A DNA stretch of 64,000 bases from an uncultured Gemmatimonadota bacterium. Lineage in GTDB: Bacteria; JAAXHH01. Below, piece by piece: positions 18,267 to 26,020 of the stretch (positions are counted from its first letter, which is position 1; each line of letters starts with the position of its first letter). The translations under genes were made by a program, and so were the position numbers. The stretch lies in assembly GCA_951812955.1 (NCBI GenBank), contig OX638340.1, positions 1,472,001-1,536,000 of the forward strand. The letters run 5' to 3'. Below the pieces are notes generated by a model. That model made no database searches, had not been told where the DNA came from, and saw nothing but the letters and a program-made list of their open reading frames with translations.

Positions 18267-20208
18267 CTACCGGATCACGGCACGGCCGTAGTAGTAGGGC
18301 AGGGCCTGGGCGGAGGGACGGTAGGACCAGGCCAGGCGGGCCTTGCCGATGTTTGCCCCGGGACCGGCATCGGTCTCGTCGCCGTCGTAGATCACCAGGT
18401 TGAAGCCGATGGTCTCTCCCGCCGGCGGCGCGGCGCCACCGGGCATTTCGGACCAGGGGATGGCGGTCTCGATCACGTATCCGTAGTCGGTGAACCTGGA
18501 CGCCACCCGCATGCCCGGCGCCGTCTTCTCGATAACGCCCTGCCGGGCGTCGGCGTCCCGGGCCGCCCTGGGCTCGCGGCCCGCTGTCGTCCCTGGAAAG
18601 ATGCCTGCCTTGAACACCGTCAGCGTGTTGTCGCTCCGCCCGGACGGGTCGACGCAGATCTCCACGGCGTCCGATCGCCAGTGGCCCTTGACGTCGTCCG
18701 GGGCGATGTTGCAGACCACCGCGTCGTCCCGCACGTCCACGGCGACGTAAAGGTTCGCCCGGTCATAGGCGACGCGGAACACCGCGCTGCAGTCGTCATC
18801 GCCGCCCGGTAAGGATCCCGACCATATGTGGCCCGACGTAATGGCGTGGGTACCGATCCCCTCCCAGTCGGCGAGATCGCCGTCGATCCGCATGGGACCC
18901 TCGGCAACCGCCAGATCCAGGACAGGCAACACGTCGATCATGCCCCCCTCTTCAAGGATCCGACCCGACGTGTCGGCCGTCAGCCGCACCGGGTAGCTTC
19001 CCTGCGCCACGTGATCCGGCACGTCCACGGTGAATGGGACCATCGTCCGGTCCTGGCCCGCAACCTCAAAGTCCGCCTCCAGGGGATCGTCTGTCCACCC
19101 ATCGGGAAGATCGAGCCTCACCCGGCCCGCCGCGCCCTCGGGAGTCCGGCTGGCTGCCTCTATCTCCAGGGTGCCCGTCATGCCTGACCCGATGGACAGC
19201 GCGGCCGGAAGCAGGCCCGCGACCCACGACACCTGGTGTTCCTCGGCCCAGCGGCGGTACCTGACGATGTCCGATCGGGGCACCATACCGATGGTCAGTG
19301 GCTCGGACGAAGGCGGCGGCCCCAGGACGATCCCGGGATCGCGCGGCCCCTCCAGGCCGCCCAGGAGGGTCTTCAAACCATCCGGCGACGGCGGCACAAG
19401 AGTCTTCACGAGCAGGAACGACTCCGCCCGGGCGCTGGCCGGAGGAAGCGTCGCCCTCCGATCGAAGCCCTGCGACCTGAAGTTGCGCAGGGCCAGGGAC
19501 TTGATCTCCGCGTAGCTCAGGAACCGGCTCGGTGAGATATCGCCCGACGGTATGGAAATCGAACCCTCCCGACGGGTGTTGTAGTAGAGTTTAGCCGGCT
19601 GCCAGGTCCGCAGGAACTCATCGCCGATCTGTTCCGGGAAACGCCCGGGATCGGCAGCGGCGGAAAAGGCCTCCGTCGCGAGCCGGGCCGCGGCCTGGTG
19701 ATGGCCGTGAGTGCCCGGTCCGGGCCACATGGTCACGATGACGTCCGGGCGGAGCAGGCGGACAAGCCGCACGATCCTGCCCAGTGTGTCCTCATGGCCC
19801 CAGACATCGTACGTGGCCTTGTCGCTCAGTGTGTAGAAGAAATCGGTCTTGTCCAGGAAATAGACCAGGTCCACCCCGTACTCGGCAGCAGACCGGCGTA
19901 TCTCGGCCTCTCGCAGTATGCCCAGCGAGGGACCGAGTTCCCGCCCGATGGCATTGCCGCCGCCCTCACCCCGCGTGATGAGCACGATGCCCGCCTTTGC
20001 GCCGCCGTCCAGGACCTCGCGGGCAAAGGTGGCCGTTACGCCGCTTTCATCGTCGGGATGGGCGCCCACGTAGAGCAGGTCTACTTTCAGCAAGTGATCG
20101 GATCGCATCTGTTCTATGGACTGTGCGGAGACAGATCCGGATAGCAGCGGGAGAAGAAGGATCAGGCCGAACCATCTTCCCGTAAGGAAGCAAGCGCCAC
20201 GCATCATT
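18267..20208 (-). CDS. secreted PIG-L/LmbE-family N-acetylglucosaminyl deacetylase fused to a C-terminal CBM9/DOMON-like sugar-binding domain
   Basis: Signal peptide MMRGACFLTGRWFGLILLLPLLSGSVSAQS begins at ATG 20208. LLYVGAHPDDES and HGHHQAAARLATEAF are PIG-L motifs. The C-terminal 200 aa have the CBM9-like pattern (RVAYDRANLYVAVDVRDD ... FNLVIYDGDE). The track ORF extends the N-terminus by 77 spurious residues. Confidence 0.7.
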
Positions 20209-20366
20209 TCAAGTCGAATCGAAGGGAATGGGCGGAACCCGAAGTGAAGTCTAACCGCATCGAACCGTGGTCGTATACGCCCCGGTTGGACCGCGATCTC
20301 ATTGCGATCTAGATACGTCCCATCCCGTAGTTGTGTCAAGGCTTTTGGTTTAACGACCACAATGAA

Positions 20367-20410
20367 ACGGCCGCGGTGGAACGGCCGCGGTGGAACGGCC
20401 GCGTATGGGT
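20367..20410. repeat. 14-bp tandem repeat x3 (GGAACGGCCGCGGT)
   Basis: gaaacggccgcggtg gaacggccgcggtg gaacggccgcgtatg, seen in the sequence. Confidence 0.7.
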
Positions 20411-20572
20411 TGATATCCGGACCGTTCGTATACATAATCATAATTAAGGCGCGGAATCACCCGATTGCGAACGAGCATATATCATGCAAGATCAAACCTG
20501 AGTACGAGTCTCTCGTCTCAACAATATGATGAACTACGAGGAGACTTTCCAACCAAACGGAGGATGTGCAAC

Positions 20573-21583
20573 ATGGGCGATCTTATTGCCGTTCATCCCG
20601 ACTTCGACGGTGTCTGGCCCTTTGCCGCCGGCCACTTCCATACCCTATGGCCCGAAGCGGAATTCATACGCCTGACCCACGGGGACGAGCGTCCCCTCGG
20701 CGATGTCGCGATGGACGCGGGCCGGGTGAAGCGGCTGGCCGCTCTCGGTGTGCCGGTGACCGTCGCATGTCTGAAACGGTTCGGCGCGCTGCGTGAAGCG
20801 ACTTTTCAGGGAGCCTGCGGCCGGGGGCCGGACGAGGATTGCGGCACGTACCTGGCCGGGGCCGGCGTCGCCGTTTACGACCATCCGAGCGAGGGTTTCT
20901 GGTCGCAGTCCGTGGCGGAATTCGGCCTGGCGCTGACGCTGTGCGGATTGCGCCGGATTCCCCAGTTGCATCGGCAGATTATCCACGACCAGGCGCCCTG
21001 GGACTACGAACCGCCTGGCGGCCGGGGCCGCCCGGGGGAAAGGGGCCAGCAGTTCGGCGACGATCCGGCCTTTGCCAACGGGACACTGGCCGGCAAACGG
21101 ATGCGGATCGTGGGGGCCGGCAACATCGCCAGCAGGTTCGCGAGCTTCGCGTCGATGCTGGGCGCCGACGTGGCTGCCTGGGACCCCTACGCCTCCGAAC
21201 CGGGCTTTCACCGTGCCGGTTCGCGCCGGGTCTACCACCTGGATCAATTGGTCTCGGACGCAGAGGTGTTCGCGCCCATGGTGCCGCTCACTGAATCAAC
21301 GCACGGCGTGGTCACGGCCGGACACGTCGACGCGCTACCCCGCGGCTGCCTCGTGGTGCTGGTAACCCGGGCACTGGTCTGCGACATGGACGCGATCCGG
21401 CGGCGGGTCCTGGCCGACGAACTGAGCCTGGCGGCGGACGTGTGGAACGAAGAACCCCTGTCCCTGGACGATCCACTGCTCGGTCGCTTCAACGTCGTGC
21501 ACACGCCGCACAACGCGGGGCGCACCATCGACGCGAACAGGTCCTGGGCGGAGAAACTGGCCGCGCAGTTCAGGCCGGGCTAA
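20573..21583 (+). CDS. D-isomer-specific 2-hydroxyacid dehydrogenase family protein
   Basis: NAD-binding MRIVGAGNIASRFA and the C-terminal HTPHNAG motif. A GGAGGA ribosome-binding site sits 8 nt before the ATG at 20573. Confidence 0.8.
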   Translation: MGDLIAVHPDFDGVWPFAAGHFHTLWPEAEFIRLTHGDERPLGDVAMDAGRVKRLAALGVPVTVACLKRFGALREATFQGACGRGPDEDCGTYLAGAGVAVYDHPSEGFWSQSVAEFGLALTLCGLRRIPQLHRQIIHDQAPWDYEPPGGRGRPGERGQQFGDDPAFANGTLAGKRMRIVGAGNIASRFASFASMLGADVAAWDPYASEPGFHRAGSRRVYHLDQLVSDAEVFAPMVPLTESTHGVVTAGHVDALPRGCLVVLVTRALVCDMDAIRRRVLADELSLAADVWNEEPLSLDDPLLGRFNVVHTPHNAGRTIDANRSWAEKLAAQFRPG

Positions 21584-21629
21584 GGTTCCGCGCAGGGAGA
21601 ATGGAACAGCATTTTAATACTGGTTTTTA

Positions 21630-21665
21630 TTGACTGTTGACGTATATTAAGATGCATATAAGTAT
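21630..21665 (+). promoter_or_regulatory. AT-rich promoter-like region (overlapping TTGACT/TTGACG -35 boxes and TATATT/TATAAG -10 boxes)
   Basis: Seen in the sequence upstream of the 21779 small ORF. The exact boxes are ambiguous. Confidence 0.3.
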
Positions 21666-21778
21666 TTTAACAGATGTCGGCTCGCGCGGAGTGCAGGCGA
21701 ACGCAGCGGACCGGACCTCTTCCACGGGCGATATTTCAAACAGAATGTCCCCCGTTGTCCTGGTATTAAGGTTAAAAG

Positions 21779-21964
21779 ATGAAAGATAGAACTTCTGATT
21801 TCGATCCGGAAAAAGGTATTCCGGAGACCGAGGAAGAAGAAATAGACTACGACGCCCGGAATACGAAAGAACTATTGAAAAGCGGTTTTATTTCCAAAGC
21901 CGTATATGATGAAATACAAGTACAACTGATAAGGCGTAGGGAGGCGCTGAGCCGAGAGAAGTAG
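21779..21964 (+). CDS. small acidic protein with a SHOCT-like C-terminus
   Basis: ELLKSGFISKAVYDEIQVQLIRRR resembles the SHOCT motif. The gene has AT-rich composition. Confidence 0.35.
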   Translation: MKDRTSDFDPEKGIPETEEEEIDYDARNTKELLKSGFISKAVYDEIQVQLIRRREALSREK

Positions 21965-22049
21965 GACCTGGTTCGAGGAATCGTGATCGAATTCGGAGGT
22001 TCGCTGCCGATAGGGGTAGCGCTTTCGGTCCTGCACGCCACGCTGGTCT

Positions 22050-22556
22050 TCAGTGCCCGTTCCGTTCCAATGTTCCTGCCTTGACCTCAACCTTTCCGAT
22101 CTCGTTTCCGAAGTACTGAATCATCCTCAGGGCTGCGTCCACCTCGTCCGACTGCACGAACTCCCATTGGTCTGATTCCTCGATGCCGCGCTCCGCCTCG
22201 ATGCCGCGCTCCGCAAGGAGATTGCGGAATCGATCCGCCACCGCCCGCCCCCTGCTGCTCAAATCATACATCCAGAGATCGGGATCGGCGGGATCCATGC
22301 TGCTCCGCACCATGTGACCGCGTTCCAGTCCGCACATCGCGGATTTCGTGCTCGAATGCGCACAGTCCAGGTGCCTGGAAATGGCGCTCATGGGTAGCGC
22401 GCCTAATCGCTCAAGTGCAAACAGGGCCCGGATCCGGAGGATCGTCTCATCCCGGCGCTCCAGTTCGTCTTCGCGGTGGGACAGGAACCGGAAGGCCAGA
22501 CGCTCCACCACTCCCAAAAAACGGCGTTCCAGTTCACTTCTGTGCCAATCGGACAT
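22050..22556 (-). CDS. MarR-like winged-helix transcriptional regulator (divergent)
   Basis: ALPMSAISRHLDCAHSSTKSAMCGLERGHMVRSSMDPADPD ... LSSRGRAVADRF follows the MarR wHTH pattern. It contains an 18-bp in-frame duplication (ERGIEAERGIEE). Confidence 0.55.
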   Translation of the reverse strand: MSDWHRSELERRFLGVVERLAFRFLSHREDELERRDETILRIRALFALERLGALPMSAISRHLDCAHSSTKSAMCGLERGHMVRSSMDPADPDLWMYDLSSRGRAVADRFRNLLAERGIEAERGIEESDQWEFVQSDEVDAALRMIQYFGNEIGKVEVKAGTLERNGH

Positions 22557-22632
22557 GTGTCCACCTGTTCATGTAGATGAAATCTGTATCCGGTCGATGG
22601 ACTCGAAATCCGGTACGGGTATGACAGGCAGG

Positions 22633-22815
22633 TTATCTGCCGATTGTCCCATTGCCGATTCGCCGCTCTATCTTTTCCACTGCGTGCAGCAGTTCGCGAA
22701 CAAAAGTCCTCAAGTCTTTCATCTCGCGTTCAATCTTGAGTACGTGTGCCAGGATCGCCTCCTGGTTCTTCTCCAGCACGCGCATGTATTCGTACTTTTT
22801 CATCTGCTGTTCCAC
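22633..22815 (-). CDS. hypothetical small coiled-coil protein upstream of the MarR-like gene
   Basis: 60-aa ORF starting at GTG (an internal ATG gives 56 aa) with a GAGGA ribosome-binding site. Support is weak. Confidence 0.3.
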   Translation of the reverse strand: MEQQMKKYEYMRVLEKNQEAILAHVLKIEREMKDLRTFVRELLHAVEKIERRIGNGTIGR

Positions 22816-22930
22816 GCCTTGGTCCTCGCTTCCAGTTTGATGAGAAATACCGACTGCTTACAGTCACATCGGCATCATTTGCCTGATTACAGTTCTGCGC
22901 AGTAAACGTGCGTGGCGCCGGTGTCTGCCT

Positions 22931-22970
22931 ATAACAAAAAGCCCCGGTATCACCCAGGGGCCCGGGGCTT
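22931..22970 (-). terminator. Rho-independent terminator (AAGCCCCGG ... CCGGGGCTT stem plus a TTTTTGTTAT tract on the minus strand)
   Basis: A perfect 9-bp stem seen in the sequence. No annotated minus-strand gene ends within 440 bp, so it is an orphan. Confidence 0.5.
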
Positions 22971-23331
22971 GATGCTACCTGACCTGCATATGCACGGCCG
23001 TCGTCCGATGCTTACGTCGTCCGATGCTTAATGGTGGCAGGCTGCACGCCGCCTATAGTGGCCGTGTTTCCTGCTTGAAGCGGACGAGAATTCGTTCCAA
23101 GGTGCCTGGAACCGATGAGCTAGGCGGCTTCGTTTACATCGCATGGCTCCCATGAACGTTACCCAGCTCGATCGGATTGTTTGACAACTGCACAAATTGC
23201 ACACACGCTAAGTGGTAGATATACGTTTATGACAACAATATCAAGAACAAGTATAGTAATGTCAATAGTAAATTACGTTATAACTGTTATTTCGTTAAAT
23301 AGTAGTTTAATTTAAGGAGAGTAATAAAACA

Positions 23332-23370
23332 ATGAAATACTCTGATTTGCGATTCTACAGGCTTTACTAG
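23332..23370 (+). CDS. 12-codon mini-ORF (MKYSDLRFYRLY) with a strong Shine-Dalgarno; possible leader peptide or small peptide gene
   Basis: AAGGAGAG lies 10 nt upstream of the ATG and the context is AT-rich. Status is speculative. Confidence 0.2.
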   Translation: MKYSDLRFYRLY

Positions 23371-23407
23371 CTTCAAAAACAAGGAATGGTGATACTCTAG
23401 TGACCAT

Positions 23408-23668
23408 TTAATCCATTTTAAGATAATATTGTTTATATATAACTTTTCTTTTTATACGTCGTTCTAACCTGACCAATCTCCAAATCCGGTATGGTTTTCC
23501 TTTTTCGAATGCACAGGTTTCAATAACCCGTACTGCCCTATACTGCTTGACATTGGCATCGTTTACGGCGTAGTTTATTCCGGAATTTGTTGCGAATGGA
23601 AATTGCTGGTCGGGGGCAGTCAAGAAACGAAATACAGGATGGGAATTGGCGACCGAAATGGTAAACAA
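23408..23668 (-). CDS. hypothetical 86-aa protein with a basic C-terminus
   Basis: ORF in the AT-rich island. I recognise no motif. Confidence 0.3.
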   Translation of the reverse strand: MFTISVANSHPVFRFLTAPDQQFPFATNSGINYAVNDANVKQYRAVRVIETCAFEKGKPYRIWRLVRLERRIKRKVIYKQYYLKMD

Positions 23669-23747
23669 CGCCTCGATCAGGGAATCAATAAACGGAGGAT
23701 AGCATCCCCGGATTCCTTCGTATCACCGGCCTGTTTAACTTAGGTGA

Positions 23748-24263
23748 GTGATCGTGCAGGTAAACAACCTGAGAGATCTTTCAGATCGCTTCGTGACCGT
23801 AGTGAGACAGTTGTGCCGTTTGACATACATCGCAAGACTGAATGAGTGGCAGGGGCTGGACATGACCGTGCCTCAGATCAAGACGTTGATTCTGATCGAG
23901 CACTTGGGGCCGCTCAGGATGGGCGCGATAGCCAGTTACCTGGGCAGCGGCCTTTCCACTACGACCACGATAGTGGATCGCCTGGTGAAAAAGCAGCTGG
24001 TTCAACGGGATTCGGATCCGAACGATCGAAGAGTCGTGATATGCGAACTGACTTCCAAGGGTCGGGATGCGACCGAGTTGTTCTGGGATCACCTGAAGAC
24101 GAAAGCGCTGATGCTTTCCGATCAGTGGGAAGTGGATCAATTCGAAAAGGTCGTCCAGGCGCTTGAACTGATCTGGGGTACCGAGGAAGCGCTTCAATCG
24201 GCATCTGATTCCGCTCCGCCCATCGTCAGCCAATCTCCCGGCGCCAAGTCATCCGCGCTTTAA
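23748..24263 (+). CDS. MarR-family transcriptional regulator
   Basis: LDMTVPQIKTLILIEHLGPLRMGAIASYLGSGLSTTTTIVDRLVKKQLVQRDSDPNDRRVVICELTSKGRD is a canonical MarR wHTH. GTG start. Confidence 0.85.
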   Translation: MIVQVNNLRDLSDRFVTVVRQLCRLTYIARLNEWQGLDMTVPQIKTLILIEHLGPLRMGAIASYLGSGLSTTTTIVDRLVKKQLVQRDSDPNDRRVVICELTSKGRDATELFWDHLKTKALMLSDQWEVDQFEKVVQALELIWGTEEALQSASDSAPPIVSQSPGAKSSAL

Positions 24264-24293
24264 TCACTTCCCGGCCAAACCGTCTCAAGTCCC

Positions 24294-24343
24294 CGGGAAA
24301 AAAGAAACCCCGACAACCCTTGGTTTGCGGAGGGTTTCGGGGA
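24294..24343 (-). terminator. Rho-independent terminator downstream of the tRNA operon
   Basis: Hairpin CCCCGAAACCC ... GGGTTGTCGGGG followed by TTCTTTTTTCC on the minus strand. Confidence 0.6.
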
Positions 24344-24393
24344 TGTGGTGGAAAAAGCCGCGAGTGCTTACTACACTGACCGTATAGCGGTAC

Positions 24394-24466
24394 GGGGAAT
24401 CGAACCCCGGTTTGATGGCTGAGAACCACCCGTCCTAACCACTAGACGATACCGCCGCGTTGCTCT
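24394..24466 (-). tRNA. tRNA-Glu (anticodon CUC)
   Basis: Manual cloverleaf fold. Acceptor stem GGCGGTA/TACCGCT with a G1-U72 pair, D-stem GTCT/GGAC, anticodon stem GGTGG/CCATC, anticodon loop TTCTCAG, T-arm CGGGG-TTCGATT-CCCCG. CCA is not encoded. Confidence 0.8.
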
Positions 24467-24569
24467 TGACGAAAATACCCCATTTACCGGCCATAGTCAA
24501 GTATCCGGGCCGGCTTTTATATCGCTTCGAAGACGTAAAATCCTCTACGGGCATGGCAAGAATGTGAAC

Positions 24570-24639
24570 TGGGGGGCAGGGATTCGAACCCCGATTCCAT
24601 GGTCCAGAGCCATGTGTCCTACCCTTGAACGACCCCCCA
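24570..24639 (-). tRNA. tRNA-Gln (anticodon CUG)
   Basis: U1-A72 first pair and G73 discriminator, as is typical of bacterial tRNA-Gln. Anticodon stem CATGG/CCATG, loop CTCTGGA, T-loop TTCGAAT. The ends are +/-2 nt. Confidence 0.75.
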
Positions 24640-24686
24640 TCGAACCGGCGTTTCGCAGGACAACTTCTCCCGTCGGCGCCGGGTAT

Positions 24687-24714
24687 ATTATAGGAATTTC
24701 ACCGGGAAAATCAA
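24687..24714 (-). promoter_or_regulatory. sigma70 promoter for the tRNA-Gln/tRNA-Glu operon (-35 TTGATT, 16-nt spacer, -10 TATAAT)
   Basis: Seen on the minus strand. The -10 box lies about 47 nt upstream of the tRNA-Gln 5' end. Confidence 0.55.
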
Positions 24715-24839
24715 GGGAAATCAGAAAGGCGGTTTCCTGTCCGGAACCTTGCCGGAACCCCTCCGGAACCCGTCCGGATCCCGTTCCGCGGGCAGCAGGG
24801 GCATTAGCACGCGCGGCTCGGACACGGCTTAAATACTGC

Positions 24840-26012
24840 TCAGACGCGTTCGTAGGGATCGAAAAGCCGCTCGTATTCGCGCAGGGCGTAGCGGTCCGTC
24901 ATCCCCGCGATATAATCGCAGACCCGGCGCTCTAGCGGTTCGTCTTCGGGGTATTTCCGGTCGGTCGGCGGCATTTGCCTTGCATCGGCCATGTACTCTT
25001 TGAAAAGGCTTTCGACGAAGCGGGTCGCCTTGCGTGACATGCGGATGAGCCGGTAGTGCCTGTAAAAGTTCTCTTTCAAAAACGACCTGAGCTGACTGTT
25101 CTTCTCTGACATGCCGGGGCTGTAGTCCACCACTGGGAAATCCAGCCGGCGAACCTCGTCCGGGGACTTCACGCCGTGGCGTTCCAGGTTCCGATGCGTC
25201 GTCTGGACGACGTCGATGATCTGCTGGTTGATCAGCGCCCGTATGATCTGGTACCGCTGCCGCGTGGAATCCAAATTCCGAACCTTTTCCACTTCCTCGC
25301 GAATCGCACCGTCCCATACGTCCAGTTCGGACAGCTGATCGAGACTGAGTATGCCCGCGCTGACGCCATCGTCGAGGTCGTGGGAATTGTACGCGATCTC
25401 GTCGGCGAGGTTGGCGATCTGGGCTTCCACGGAAGCGTACTGCCCGGGCTGGAAGTCGTTTAAGTCGAACCCGTGCGGCGCGTTGTGCTTGGCGATGCCT
25501 TCCCGCGTCTCCCAGGTCAGGTTCAGTCCGGGGAAAGCGGGATAACGCCATTCGAGCTGGTCGATGACCCGAAGGCTCTGCCGGTTGTGCTGGAATCCCC
25601 CGTGATCCCGCATGAGAACGTTCAGGGCTTCTTCTCCGCAGTGGCCAAAGGGAGGATGACCCAGGTCGTGGGCCAGGGCAATGGCCGCGGCAAGGTCCTG
25701 GTTCGCCCCCAGGTTCCGCGCGATCGTTTCCGACACGCCGGCCGTTTCCATGGTGTGGGTCAGGCGCGTGCGATAGTGATCTCCCTCGTGGTACACGAAG
25801 ACCTGCGTCTTGTATTCCAGCCGCCGGAAGGCCTTCGAGTGAACGATGCGGTCGCGGTCCCGCTGAAACGGCGTACGCCACGGCGCTTCCTCCTCGGGAT
25901 GACAGCGTCCCCGGAACGTTCCGCTTTTTTCGGCGTAAGACGCAAGCGTCTGCTCCTCCGCGTCCTCCAGCCGGTTTCTGTCAACGATCATCAGATGCTC
26001 TCCAAAGAGCAC
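24840..26012 (-). CDS. dGTP triphosphohydrolase-like HD-domain protein (Dgt family)
   Basis: HSKAFRRLEYKTQVF ... RLTHTMETAGVSETIARNLG ... HDLGHPPFGH are HD motifs of the dGTPase family. Length is 390 aa. Confidence 0.85.
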   Translation of the reverse strand: MLFGEHLMIVDRNRLEDAEEQTLASYAEKSGTFRGRCHPEEEAPWRTPFQRDRDRIVHSKAFRRLEYKTQVFVYHEGDHYRTRLTHTMETAGVSETIARNLGANQDLAAAIALAHDLGHPPFGHCGEEALNVLMRDHGGFQHNRQSLRVIDQLEWRYPAFPGLNLTWETREGIAKHNAPHGFDLNDFQPGQYASVEAQIANLADEIAYNSHDLDDGVSAGILSLDQLSELDVWDGAIREEVEKVRNLDSTRQRYQIIRALINQQIIDVVQTTHRNLERHGVKSPDEVRRLDFPVVDYSPGMSEKNSQLRSFLKENFYRHYRLIRMSRKATRFVESLFKEYMADARQMPPTDRKYPEDEPLERRVCDYIAGMTDRYALREYERLFDPYERV

Positions 26013-26020
26013 GATCCCCG

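Noticed and set aside
17256-18812. 518-aa plus-strand ORF
   Set aside because: It is antisense to the mutase 5' end, the HD gene and the deacetylase. It is Gly/Arg-rich with no domain.
22975-23170. Possible SRP (4.5S) RNA, from the CAGGTCAGGT motif on the minus strand
   Set aside because: Only about 10 nt match the domain IV consensus. The flanking GGAAGGAAGCAGCC element is absent. It is kept only as a generic ncRNA candidate.
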